A stretch of DNA of 64,000 bases, from NCBI GenBank assembly GCA_963675755.2, contig CAXXMD010000003.1, forward strand, positions 3,488,001 to 3,552,000, written 5' to 3'. This document shows positions 20,065 through 30,334 of the stretch, piece by piece. Numbering within the stretch: the first letter of the stretch is position 1; the number at the start of each line of letters is the position of its first letter. The notes under the pieces were generated by a model, which saw only the letters and a list, made by a program, of their open reading frames with translations, had not been told where the DNA came from and ran no database searches. The translations under genes and the position numbers were made by a program. This stretch comes from a bacterium. Its GTDB lineage: Bacteria > Zhuqueibacterota > Zhuqueibacteria > Residuimicrobiales > Krinioviventaceae.

Positions 20065-20427
20065 ATGGAAATCTCTAACGAGTATTCAAAGCATTATAAT
20101 GAAGAAAATTTTTGGGACAAGCTTAAAAATCATGCGCTCAAGGCAGGGGCAGAACTTGTTGAAAAAGTATTGACTCTCTACTATGCGTTAAAAGATTCAG
20201 ATACTCCCGCGTGGGCTAAGGGAATAATTGTAGCTGCATTAGGCTATTTTATCTTTCCTTTGGATGCCATTCCAGATATCACTCCGGTTGTTGGATATGC
20301 AGATGATTTAGGGGTGATAGCAGCAGCATTAGCAACTGTGGCTATTCATATCAAACAAGAACATAAAGACAAGGCTGTTGAACAGATGAAAGTTTGGTTT
20401 GGGGATAATTACAAAAAAGAAGAATAA
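20065..20427 (+). CDS. YkvA/DUF1232 family protein
   Basis: ALGYFIFPLDAIPD.TPVVGYADD. Confidence 0.9.
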   Translation: MEISNEYSKHYNEENFWDKLKNHALKAGAELVEKVLTLYYALKDSDTPAWAKGIIVAALGYFIFPLDAIPDITPVVGYADDLGVIAAALATVAIHIKQEHKDKAVEQMKVWFGDNYKKEE

Positions 20428-20550
20428 TTGAGTTTTTTGTTTCTTGAATTTCTATAGCCCTGGGTATCAGACAGTTAAAGTACACCAGGGTTTTATTTTA
20501 TATTTTTGGTAAAAGAATGATGATACTTGAAACAATAATTTTAAAAATCA

Positions 20551-21456
20551 TTGAGGTGTAATATGGATTTCATTATTTTTTGCCCAAACTGCCATAAAAA
20601 ATACAAAGTCACTGAAAATGACATCGAAAAAATCGGTACATGCAGGAACTGTAATGAGAAGTTAGTAATAAAAGAATTAATAAAAATTGAATCTTTAGGA
20701 TTAATCCAACAACCTGTTAAATCCTTTAACGAAAAAAAAGGTCTAAAGAGGAGACAGTTAATTATTCTCGGAATTTCTATTATAGTAGTATTGATCATAG
20801 CTATTTTTATGAAATATAATACTAAAATGATTGAATTAATTCATGACAATGAAACAATCTATGGTACAATTGAGGACATAGATGGTAATATTTATAAAAC
20901 AGTAAAGATTGGCGATCAATGGTGGATGGCAGAAAATTTAAAAGTGCAACATTATAAAAATGGGGATAAAATTTATAATATAACTAAAACATACCAATGG
21001 AGTATACTAGAAGTTGGAGCCTATTGTAGTTATGATAATAATTCAACCTTAGTTCCAACTTTTGGTCTGTTATATAACTGGCATTCTGTAAACGATGTAC
21101 GTGGTTTAGCACCAGAAGGATGGCATATACCTACAAAAGAAGAATTTGAGATTATGTTCGAACACTTGGGGGACTATGAAATGATTGGTGGAAAATTAAA
21201 AAGTGTTGGTACAGAATATTGGAGATCGCCGAATGAAGGCGCTACAAATGAAAGTGGTTTTTCTGCTTTACCTGGAGGCTGTCGTTCTGAATATGGAAAT
21301 TTTCAATGGCTGAGTTCGAATGCTTTTTTTTGGACAAACAGTAAAGATGGTTATACTAATTCTATTGATTTAGAATTGGGATTTGATGTTGCATACTTTG
21401 GTTATAGAAGTCTAAAAAGGCAATTTGGTGCGTCTGTGCGTTGTGTAAAAGATTGA
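20551..21456 (+). CDS. FISUMP (Fibrobacter succinogenes major paralogous) domain protein with N-terminal Zn ribbon and TM
   Basis: CPNC..CRNC; DIDGNIYKTVKIGDQWWMAENL; GLLYNW; PEGWHIP; GASVRCVKD. Confidence 0.88.
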   Translation: MRCNMDFIIFCPNCHKKYKVTENDIEKIGTCRNCNEKLVIKELIKIESLGLIQQPVKSFNEKKGLKRRQLIILGISIIVVLIIAIFMKYNTKMIELIHDNETIYGTIEDIDGNIYKTVKIGDQWWMAENLKVQHYKNGDKIYNITKTYQWSILEVGAYCSYDNNSTLVPTFGLLYNWHSVNDVRGLAPEGWHIPTKEEFEIMFEHLGDYEMIGGKLKSVGTEYWRSPNEGATNESGFSALPGGCRSEYGNFQWLSSNAFFWTNSKDGYTNSIDLELGFDVAYFGYRSLKRQFGASVRCVKD

Positions 21457-21465
21457 GTTTTTTTT

Positions 21466-21493
21466 AGAGTCTCTTCGGAGGCTCTTTTTTTTT
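21466..21493 (+). terminator. Intrinsic terminator
   Basis: AGAGTCTC-TTCG-GAGGCTCT followed by T tract. Confidence 0.75.
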
Positions 21494-22175
21494 CTTAACT
21501 TTGTCAGACTCAAAAACCTTCAGTGGGGAAGGTTTAGAGAATTTGATTTTGAGATGAGTTTTGATACACTAAACGATATAAAAAAAGCCTGGTTTCCCAG
21601 GCAATCGATTTGTCTCAAAAACGGTGGTTAATAGAACTAATAAAAGTAATTTTTAGGGAAATCTAATGCAACTTGAATAATTTCCGTCAAACTTAATACC
21701 GGAGAAAAAAATCGAGCCGCCATTTAAGAATTTAGGATTGGCTAAAAAAGTAAAGCTATGAATCAAGTGAGAATGGGTAATCTTGCAATTTAGCCTTTTT
21801 TATAATTTTTCACTTTCATATTGTTTTTTCCCGAAAAAATACATTTATTACAATATAATATAAAAATTAGTGGGATCTTTAAGGTGGAAAGTTTTTCTGA
21901 ATAATAAATTAAAACTTGTTTGTTGATATATTCTAATGCTGTGTTATTATGTTTATGACTTGTATAGCACATAATCAAGTTCTCTGTTTTACATAATAAC
22001 ATTTTGCTTCTAATGAAATATAAGCAAATGATCATAGTTTATTATTCGACATTTTTTTACTATCCAATTGTTTTTTATCAAACTCGTTTAATACTTTGTT
22101 ATGGCTTACTAATACCAGTCAAATAATTATAAAACAATTAATGATAAACTTAAAATATCATAGGAACTTATTTGA

Positions 22176-23627
22176 ATGATTATTATTGGGACATATCCTG
22201 ATGCTTTTGAACTAAATAATTTATCAAGTCTAAATCAAATCTTAAATGAAATTTTGCCTCAGAAACTGTGCTTACACATCTTTCCATTTTATCCCAATTC
22301 AGGTGATTTTGGTTATGCACCTGATGATTGGTTCCATATAAGAGAAGATTTAGGCCAATGGGAAGATATTTATAATTTATCATCTAAATGGAAAATCATT
22401 GTTGACGGTATATATAATCACGTTGGCGTTAATCATGTTTGGAGCAAAAATTTTAAGGATGATCCAGAATATTATAGTAAAATATTGCATGCTTATAAAA
22501 ACTGCTCAATAGATCAAGGGCCATTTTCCCCACGGGGACAACCCGTTTTAGTAAAATCACACCTAAATTATTATTTTTGGAAAACTTTTTCCCATGCTGC
22601 AATAGATATTCGTTTAGATTCTGATATTGTACAAAAAAAAATTACTGAGCATTTAACTTTACTTGCTTCTGTAGGAATATGGGGAGTGAGACTTGATGCC
22701 GTGGCCTATTATTCTAAATTTTTAGGCGCAGAAATTAGACATAATCATGGTGTATTTAAAATCGCTAATAAAATGGCAGATAAAGTTAGATCACAAAATT
22801 TAAAAGTTTTAGCACAATTAGATTGCGATGAAGATGGGCTTAAATACTTCGCAGATGAAACTCGAAAAAATATCCCGATTAATGATTTTACTTATTCAAC
22901 ATTCTTGGCTTTATCAATTCTTGAAGAAGATCCAGAGATTCTAATGCGTCATATTGAACAAACAAAATATGATGGTCGAATCATAGTTAGAGTTCCTCGC
23001 ACTCATGATGGTATATTGCTCCGTTCAAAATTATTAAGAGAATATGATAAAGAAAAAATATTAAATTTTGCAGACTCTAAAAAAATCAAAATAAGAATAG
23101 CAAATGGTACACCATACGAACTTAATTGTTCAGCACCCTATCTATATTCTTTAATAAATCCCGGTATTAATGTTTATGATACAATACTTTTTTCTATAGC
23201 GGTAACAGGAATGATGCCTGGTTGGAGTTATTTTTATTTACCTTATATAATGGGGTATATTCCCGAAATTCAAACGTATTTGGAAGATTTTACAGACCCA
23301 AGAGCTTTAAATAGAATACAAATAACCAAAAAATATTTAGATAAATATTTAAATTTAAATCATCGTTATGAAGTTTATTCGTTACTATCAACATTAAATA
23401 AGATTCATTCAAGTCAGGATTTTCAATTTAAAACTGATTATATTATTAATAAACAATTATTAGTAATAACAACAATAGATGGTATGTATTCACTCATAGC
23501 AAATTTTGATAGATCAAAAAAATATCAAATACCAAAAAAATATTCAAAGGGGAAAATATTAAGACAGAATAAATTCATTGATTCAGAATTAGATGCATTT
23601 GGTTTTGTAATTATTTCATTAACTTAA
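22176..23627 (+). CDS. GH13 sucrose-phosphorylase-like protein
   Basis: LHIFPFYP.SGD.GY, DLG.WED, DGIYNH, WKTF, RLDAVAY, THDGI, PYELN. Confidence 0.8.
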   Translation: MIIIGTYPDAFELNNLSSLNQILNEILPQKLCLHIFPFYPNSGDFGYAPDDWFHIREDLGQWEDIYNLSSKWKIIVDGIYNHVGVNHVWSKNFKDDPEYYSKILHAYKNCSIDQGPFSPRGQPVLVKSHLNYYFWKTFSHAAIDIRLDSDIVQKKITEHLTLLASVGIWGVRLDAVAYYSKFLGAEIRHNHGVFKIANKMADKVRSQNLKVLAQLDCDEDGLKYFADETRKNIPINDFTYSTFLALSILEEDPEILMRHIEQTKYDGRIIVRVPRTHDGILLRSKLLREYDKEKILNFADSKKIKIRIANGTPYELNCSAPYLYSLINPGINVYDTILFSIAVTGMMPGWSYFYLPYIMGYIPEIQTYLEDFTDPRALNRIQITKKYLDKYLNLNHRYEVYSLLSTLNKIHSSQDFQFKTDYIINKQLLVITTIDGMYSLIANFDRSKKYQIPKKYSKGKILRQNKFIDSELDAFGFVIISLT

Positions 23628-23653
23628 ATTAAATTAAGGTTGGAGGTTATTAT

Positions 23654-24595
23654 ATGAAAATTTATGCCTTAGATATTGGTGGTTCTTCAATTAAACATGG
23701 ATTAATTGATACAAACTCTGATAATATTGGTGTAATATTTAAAGGTCAAAATGTTTTGTTACCATCAAAGCATTTCAACGACCTCGAAACAAATGTACTA
23801 AAAATCATCGAAAACGCATTGGATGACAATAATGAAATAAATGCAATTGGTATTAGTACTACAGGTTCAGTAGATACAAACGGTGTTGTTGTAAGTGCAG
23901 GTCATTTTGAAGGATACAATAATATTTCATGGAGCAAAATAATTAAAGAAAATTTTAAAAGTATCAATATTGTAAAGACGGTAAACGACGGTCGTGCATC
24001 TGCATGGGGAGAATATGTTGCTTATAATAATAATAAAAAATCTCATGTTCATATTGTAGTAGGTACAGGAGTTGGTGGTGGCATTATATATAACAATGAA
24101 CTTCTTATGGGCGATAGCGGTCAAGCTGGCTATATAGGACATATAAAAATAACTTCTGAAAAAACTATTATTTGTAGTTGTGGGAAAATGGGTTGTTTAG
24201 AAACATTAGCTTCAGCTCCCGGGATTGTACAACATTACAATACTTATTCACACGATGAACGAGTCAATGACTTCACTTCAGTAGTAAAACTTGCAATGGA
24301 AGGAAATCAAAATGCCATCAATGCTATATTAAAAGGAGCTTATTGGCTAGGCATCGGCATTGGAAATGCTATGAATATTCTTAATCCAACTGTTGTCACA
24401 ATCGGAGGTGGTGTTGTCACCGCTGCTGATAGCATTAAAGTTGAAGATGGAGAAAAATCTTATTTCGAGTCAATAATAAATGGCGTTAAATATGCATCTC
24501 ATAGAAGAGTTTTTGCTAGTTGTGAAGTAAGAAAAGCTCGATACGGTAATGATGCTGGGATGATAGGTGTTGCTTCTTTATGTAATTCAAATTGA
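23654..24595 (+). CDS. ROK-family sugar kinase
   Basis: LDIGGS, NDGRASAWGE, GTGVGGG, CSCGKMGCLE. Confidence 0.9.
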   Translation: MKIYALDIGGSSIKHGLIDTNSDNIGVIFKGQNVLLPSKHFNDLETNVLKIIENALDDNNEINAIGISTTGSVDTNGVVVSAGHFEGYNNISWSKIIKENFKSINIVKTVNDGRASAWGEYVAYNNNKKSHVHIVVGTGVGGGIIYNNELLMGDSGQAGYIGHIKITSEKTIICSCGKMGCLETLASAPGIVQHYNTYSHDERVNDFTSVVKLAMEGNQNAINAILKGAYWLGIGIGNAMNILNPTVVTIGGGVVTAADSIKVEDGEKSYFESIINGVKYASHRRVFASCEVRKARYGNDAGMIGVASLCNSN

Positions 24596-24615
24596 TACTA
24601 ATTTTGGTGAATAAA

Positions 24616-25647
24616 ATGGATCATATTATTAGTGTTGTACTTCTAGAAAAGTTAGTTGTAGATACACATACATGTTCTACTTCAGACGGAAAAGAGATTG
24701 AAATCTTATTCAAAGAAAGTTGGGACCCTTCAAAGTATTTGGTTGATCCAGATGGAACAAGATTGATAGAAGAAATATCAAGACGATTAAAGGAACATTG
24801 GAAAAAGAAACAAGTGAAACCTAAGCATGTTATTATCTCAATGCCAGGAACTCTACAAGATGATAAAAAACTGATTAGTTCAAGTCGATTAGGTATTAGA
24901 AAACCTGTTGATTTTGCAAATATATTAAGTGATAAATTAGATGTTAATTGCTCAATTCACCATGATACAGAATGTTTAATTGCTGGAGAAATGAAATATG
25001 GTGATTACTTTCAAGATCAACCACCCCATTCACTAGTCTATATTTTTGTTGATGAAGGAATTGGTGCAAAAATATTGATTGATGGTAAACAGTATTTAGG
25101 TGCAGGTACAGCCGGTCTACTTGGGCGTCTTATTGTTCAGCCTGAAGGCGCCTATTATAAACAGCTTAGGTCAAATGGCTCTTTAGAGGTATATTCCAGT
25201 AGACCTTGGGTTAGCACAAGATTAGTTGAAGTTTATCATTCCGAAATGGATAAAAAAGAAATAGAGCCAGGAGCTGCAGAAATAAAATTCTCTAAGTTTA
25301 GACAAGCTTTGAAAACCGCATCGGAAGGGGACTGGAGCCAAATTAAGTACGATCGTATTTCCATTGGGATACAAGAAAATGATCCTATAGCACTAAAAGT
25401 GATTGACAATGCTGCCAAATATCTAGGCTATTCCATCAATTCAGTTGTTACTTTAATTAGTCCTAACCTTATTATATTAGCTGGTGCAATGATCACTGAT
25501 CTACCTTTATTTACTGAAAAGGCAATCAGTTATGCAAGACAATTTTGTTGGGCAACTGCTTGGAATAATACTGAAATTAAAATATCTGATTACGGAAGAG
25601 ATATGCAAGTATTTGGCTCAATTGAATTATACAATAATCTTAAATAA
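24616..25647 (+). CDS. Degenerate ROK-family protein
   Basis: ISMPG, HDTECLIAGE, EGIGA, GSLE; lacks DxGGT and the Cys zinc motif. Confidence 0.8.
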   Translation: MDHIISVVLLEKLVVDTHTCSTSDGKEIEILFKESWDPSKYLVDPDGTRLIEEISRRLKEHWKKKQVKPKHVIISMPGTLQDDKKLISSSRLGIRKPVDFANILSDKLDVNCSIHHDTECLIAGEMKYGDYFQDQPPHSLVYIFVDEGIGAKILIDGKQYLGAGTAGLLGRLIVQPEGAYYKQLRSNGSLEVYSSRPWVSTRLVEVYHSEMDKKEIEPGAAEIKFSKFRQALKTASEGDWSQIKYDRISIGIQENDPIALKVIDNAAKYLGYSINSVVTLISPNLIILAGAMITDLPLFTEKAISYARQFCWATAWNNTEIKISDYGRDMQVFGSIELYNNLK

Positions 25648-25670
25648 TAAAAGTATTTTGGTTAATTAAT

Positions 25671-26468
25671 ATGAAAGCATTAATAATAAATGCAGATGAT
25701 TTTGGTATCTCTGATGGTGTCTGTAAATCAATACTTGAGCTATTTGATAAAAATGCCATTTCGAGTACTTCATTGATGGTAGCATCACCAAATGCAATAA
25801 AAACAATTAAGAAGTGGAATGGTAAAAGTCTTTTAGGAAATGCGGGTGTACATCTACAATTGACAGCGGGTAAGCCATTAACTTCACAAAACAAAGTACC
25901 TAGTCTATATTCACTAGATTCTTCCAAAAAGTTTGGCGATCCACGAAATGGTCCTTTACCACAAATCAGTGAAGTTGAGATAGAATGGCGTTACCAAATC
26001 GAGAAAGCATGTGAATTATTAGGTGGTCTTCCAACACATATTGATAGTCATCATGGAATGCATCGAATTCCAGAGTTCTCTCGTACTTACATAAAATTGG
26101 CAAAAGAGTATAACATCCCAATGCGAGGGGCTATATCAGGTCCTTTCAAGGATATTGTGAAAAGAGAATCTTTAATTGCAACTATTGCAATTGTACGAAA
26201 GTGGACTGGACGCATGTTGGATTCAAATGAACTAATAAAGCAATTAAAAATGATAGAATATAATTATCCAGATGAAAATGTTATTGAGGTGATTTCACAT
26301 CCTGGTTATTCTGACAATTATTTAGAGTCTATATCTTCGTTTTCTAGTGTTCGAGAAAATGACCATTCTGTTTTATTATTTTTGGCTCAAAAAAATTGGT
26401 GGAGCCTGAATAGATATAAACTAATATCATATAAGGATTTTGGAAATGGCATTGCCAGAAGCATATAA
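25671..26468 (+). CDS. ChbG/YdjC-family carbohydrate deacetylase
   Basis: LIINADDFG, GVHL, PTHIDSHHG, SHPG. Confidence 0.9.
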   Translation: MKALIINADDFGISDGVCKSILELFDKNAISSTSLMVASPNAIKTIKKWNGKSLLGNAGVHLQLTAGKPLTSQNKVPSLYSLDSSKKFGDPRNGPLPQISEVEIEWRYQIEKACELLGGLPTHIDSHHGMHRIPEFSRTYIKLAKEYNIPMRGAISGPFKDIVKRESLIATIAIVRKWTGRMLDSNELIKQLKMIEYNYPDENVIEVISHPGYSDNYLESISSFSSVRENDHSVLLFLAQKNWWSLNRYKLISYKDFGNGIARSI

Positions 26469-27717
26469 TGCATTAAAGGAAAGTTTTGATGAGTGGAAGA
26501 AATATCAGTCAAATAATTATGGTATAATTGATCTAAAACTTTCCAACTTCAATAAATTCGATTTTGAGGGGCGAGATCTTAGTAACTGTGATTTTAGTGG
26601 ATCCGATTTTGAGAATGCAAATCTTGACAACTGTAAAATACAAAATTCAAGATTCGACAACGCTTGTTTAGAAGGAGCAAGTATTGTAAATACCAATATT
26701 ACAGAGTCAATTTTTACAGAAACTAATCTTAGCCAAATCATATTTCGAGAATCTGAAATATTAAAATCAAAACTAATTGATGTTAATTTGAATGGAAGCG
26801 AAATTATCGATGCAAAATTAGACAAGAACACTTTTCGTAATTCAAGTTTTAATAGTACAAAAATAGAGTCTGCTACATTTAATAAATGTAGAATAGATAG
26901 TATTGAGTTTGATGACACAAATTTCTTAAATATAGAGTTTTTGATGTGTAAAATTAATAACTCTCAATTTAAACATGCGATAGCAAACAATTTAACTTTT
27001 AAAAAGAATGTAATCAAAAATCTTGATTTTTCAAATTCAAATTTAGCTAACGTAAACTATTTAGATTGTAATATATTTTGCTTAAAACAAGAAAATGCTA
27101 TCATTACTAGTATGGATTTATCAGGAAGCAAAATTACGAAAGTAAAGCTTGTTAATTTTAATTTAACTAACACAGTATTTTTGGATACTTCTATCAATAA
27201 TAGTAAATGGCCAACACAAAAAGGTCGAATATCATTTTGGGGAAAATATATTCCAAGTATATATCTTTTAAAACAACCTGTTCAGGATTTAAGGGGACTC
27301 ACACCATCTTTGAGGCGAGAAATCGCCGATGCACAATATTTAAATGAGAAAATAACTACCTCAAAGAATCGTTCTTTTTGGTCACGAATTTCTTTGAGTA
27401 TCTGGGGCTTTACAACTGGTTTTGGCCAAAGTTTAATGAGATTAACAATCGTATCAATTGCGCTAATTTTTGTATTGTCCTTTTTTTTTGTTGCTAGTGA
27501 TGGCAATCTTGGAGAATGGCCATATAATTTAACGAATGGAGCAAATGCAGTTAGTTATGTTTTTTATTCTTTTTTAGGATTAAGTTTAAAGAGTGGCCTT
27601 ATTTTATACAAACTGCAGAGAATAATTTTATTATTTTCAAGAATATTTGGATTTTTTATACTTGGTTTGTGGATAGGTCTTGCTGCTAATAAGCTTGGAA
27701 AGTTATCAAATGAATAA
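26446..27717 (+). CDS. Pentapeptide-repeat protein with C-terminal membrane domain
   Basis: ~240 aa of A(D/N)LxX-type repeats, then GFGQS.MRL and 2-3 hydrophobic helices. Confidence 0.85.
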   Translation: MALPEAYNALKESFDEWKKYQSNNYGIIDLKLSNFNKFDFEGRDLSNCDFSGSDFENANLDNCKIQNSRFDNACLEGASIVNTNITESIFTETNLSQIIFRESEILKSKLIDVNLNGSEIIDAKLDKNTFRNSSFNSTKIESATFNKCRIDSIEFDDTNFLNIEFLMCKINNSQFKHAIANNLTFKKNVIKNLDFSNSNLANVNYLDCNIFCLKQENAIITSMDLSGSKITKVKLVNFNLTNTVFLDTSINNSKWPTQKGRISFWGKYIPSIYLLKQPVQDLRGLTPSLRREIADAQYLNEKITTSKNRSFWSRISLSIWGFTTGFGQSLMRLTIVSIALIFVLSFFFVASDGNLGEWPYNLTNGANAVSYVFYSFLGLSLKSGLILYKLQRIILLFSRIFGFFILGLWIGLAANKLGKLSNE

Positions 27718-28099
27718 TGTGTAAGATATAAAATATTATCTCCTAATTCACTTATTCTTTTCAGTACAAAATTTCATAATATAAAAAAATTTTTTATATA
27801 AATTGAATAACGTACCGTTTTTTTATACTTAAAGGTCGGTTGAATATTTTGTTTATTTGATAATAACGGTTGATTATTCGACAGGTAAATGTAATGTCAT
27901 AAAAAGTTTATTTTAATGTGATATCTTAAAACTTTCATTGTTATCCATAAACTTCTCTCAATTTCCCCCTCTTTATGTGTAAAAATATTGATAGGAATTT
28001 CTTCAAATGAATTATTAAGATTATTGTGTTATAAAAATTGTCACTAGTTATAACAAACGGAGAATCCTATTACCAAAATAGATGAACCTCTATTATCTT

Positions 28100-29166
28100 C
28101 TAAGTTAAAGTAATAAGTGTAACAGTTAAATTTTTCAATGGCATCATTAGTGCGTAGCACTAATGAATTTAAGGCTATAAAACTGGAGCACTTGTTACAG
28201 TATAAACAATTAACCTTTGAGCAAAGAATAGAAATTTATGTTTTTCTCAAAGTGGGTTTCAACCAGACCCAGATCGCAGAATCCATTGGTGTAAGCAAAT
28301 CAACTATTAGCCGAGAGATCAAACGAAATGCAGGACAAAAAGGATACTGACCTAAACAGGCAAACCAGAAAGCTCAGAAGCGAAGGCATAACGCGGAAAA
28401 ACATATTCGTTTTAGCAAGGAGCTTCAAAAGCTGGTAATTGAATGCCTGCAAAAAGACTGGAGTCTTGAACAGATCAGCGGTTGGCTCACGGTAAACAAA
28501 CAGCAAGCAATCAGTCATGTTACAATTTATCAGTTTATTATTCAGGATTACCAAGATGGCGGTGAGTTGTTTACTCATCTCCGTCAGAGAAAGAAAAAAC
28601 GACGTAAACGCATTAAATCCAATGACCGGAGAGGGCAAATACCTGACAGAATCAGCATAGATAAACGACCCGCTATCGTTGCGAATAAAGAACGTATAGG
28701 TGATTGGGAAATTGATACAATCATTGGTAAAAATCATAAAGGCGCTCTAGTGACCGCTGTAGAACGTAAAACAAAATTCACTTGTATTGACCATGTTCCT
28801 AGCAGAGACGCAGGGTTGGTAGCAAAAACATTGATAAAGATGTTGAGTCAGTACAAAGATTTTGTTCATACCCTCACAAGTGATAATGTTAAGGAATTCG
28901 CAAAACATCAACTAATTGCTGAAACCCTTGAAACAGATTTTTATTTTGCGCATCCTTACTGTTCATGGGAACGCGGTCTCAATGAAAATACCAATGGCCT
29001 GATTCGGCAATATTTCCCTAAAAAGACTAGTATGATTGAGGTTAACAAAGAACATATTGTTGCTGTACAAAATAAATTAAACAATAGGCCAAGGAAATCT
29101 TTGAATTTTCAAATGCCTTCTACTATATTCCATAATTCATCTGTTGCACTTGTTACTTGAATTCAC
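28100..29166 (+). mobile_element. IS30-family insertion sequence, decayed
   Basis: Imperfect terminal IRs: TAAAGTAATAAGTGTAACAG (28106-28125) and CTGTTGCACTTGTTACTTGA (29141-29160). Confidence 0.8.
28138..29160 (+). pseudogene. IS30 transposase with in-frame TGA at 28348
   Basis: STISREIKRN HTH, GDWEIDT, PYCSWERGLNENTNGLIRQY, LNNRPRK; both track ORFs are in the same frame. Confidence 0.88.
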
Positions 29167-29250
29167 GTCTAAAAAAATCGAATGATATACAAATTTTAAT
29201 AACTATGCATTATTTTGGTATAAGAACTCCGAATAAACAAAGGAGTTCTT

Positions 29251-29793
29251 ATGAACATAGGATATGCTCGAGTTTCAACTGACGATCAGAAACTCGACCT
29301 TCAAATGGATGCTCTACGAGCATCCAATGTAAACAAAATCTACCAGGACACAGCATCAGGAGCAAAAACGGACCGCAATGGTCTGGACCAGGCTCTAAAA
29401 TACGCTCGTCCTGGTGATACACTGGTCGTCTGGAAATTGGATCGACTCGGTCGCAGTCTGAAACACCTCATTGACGTCGTAAATGATCTCTCTCAACGGG
29501 GCATCTTTTTCAAATCTCTTCGTGAAAACATCGACACTTCCTCATCCGGAGGTAAACTCACCTTTCATCTTTTTGGAGCTCTGGCAGAATTCGAGCGTGA
29601 TATCATTCGTGAACGAACGATGGCAGGACTCGAAGCCGCCCGAGCTCGAGGTCGGTTCGGTGGCAGGCCCAGATCATTGAACGAAAAGCAAACGATGCAA
29701 GCCAGACAGCTCATGTCAAATAAGGCTAACAATGCCTCCGATGTCGCAAAAACGCTTGGAGTTTCAAGAGCCACATTGTACAGATATTTGTAA
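29251..29793 (+). CDS. Serine recombinase (resolvase/invertase)
   Basis: IGYARVST.DQ, VWKLDRLGRSL, AEFER, GRFGGRP, HTH GVSRATLYRYL. Confidence 0.95.
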   Translation: MNIGYARVSTDDQKLDLQMDALRASNVNKIYQDTASGAKTDRNGLDQALKYARPGDTLVVWKLDRLGRSLKHLIDVVNDLSQRGIFFKSLRENIDTSSSGGKLTFHLFGALAEFERDIIRERTMAGLEAARARGRFGGRPRSLNEKQTMQARQLMSNKANNASDVAKTLGVSRATLYRYL

Positions 29794-29841
29794 AACATGG
29801 TATAAGAACCATGGTAAAACCTTAATTAAGGAGGATTATTT

Positions 29842-29979
29842 ATGATTAGTTTGAAACCACAGTTCCCGGAAAAGATTGAAAAAGCCGTCGGGATCACCAC
29901 CCTGGTTCTGAATGGGATACTGACGACAGTGCAGATCATCTCGCTGCTTCGTTCGCCGAAGCACACGGCTGAATCATGA
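29842..29979 (+). CDS. Small membrane protein, 45 aa (not in ORF track)
   Basis: AAGGAGG RBS; MISLKPQFPEKIEKAVGITTLVLNGILTTVQIISLLRSPKHTAES; ATGA overlap with next gene. Confidence 0.65.
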   Translation: MISLKPQFPEKIEKAVGITTLVLNGILTTVQIISLLRSPKHTAES

Positions 29980-30284
29980 CAGAATTGCCAGCAAAGAGTG
30001 ACGATGTTATCGTAGATGTGCAACTCAAACACATCGTCGCAACACTTTTCGTCATCGCCGGTGGGAGTTTTCTCATCGGCGCTTCTATTTTAGCGGTAAA
30101 AGACTATTTGAAATTCAAGCGCCAAAAAGCGATGCTGGACACAGCTGTGAATGTTATTCTATTAATTAAAAATGGAGGACCATCAGACATATGCAAAGAA
30201 CAGAAGACGGATACATTATCACCAACGATGACATCCGAAAAGCCAGAGACATCCTCGGATACATTGGAGTTGGGATCATCCTGA
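29976..30284 (+). CDS. Small membrane protein
   Basis: One TM helix (IVATLFVIAGGSFLIGASILAV); coupled start. Confidence 0.55.
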   Translation: MTELPAKSDDVIVDVQLKHIVATLFVIAGGSFLIGASILAVKDYLKFKRQKAMLDTAVNVILLIKNGGPSDICKEQKTDTLSPTMTSEKPETSSDTLELGSS

Positions 30285-30334
30285 TTGAGAGCATCCGGGT
30301 GATATTTGACAGATCCTGGATGAGGCTGCCATGA
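30191..30334 (+). CDS. Small membrane protein, 47 aa (not in ORF track)
   Basis: GGAGG upstream; MQRTEDGYIITNDDIRKARDILGYIGVGIILIESIRVIFDRSWMRLP; ATGA overlap with 30331. Confidence 0.55.
   Translation: MQRTEDGYIITNDDIRKARDILGYIGVGIILIESIRVIFDRSWMRLP

Noticed and set aside
28348-28350. TGA read-through or recoding in IS30 transposase
   Set aside because: Fits a CGA-to-TGA mutation in GYRP. Other conserved motifs are also decayed (WSLEQ, DNVKEF), and TGA ends normal genes in this window.
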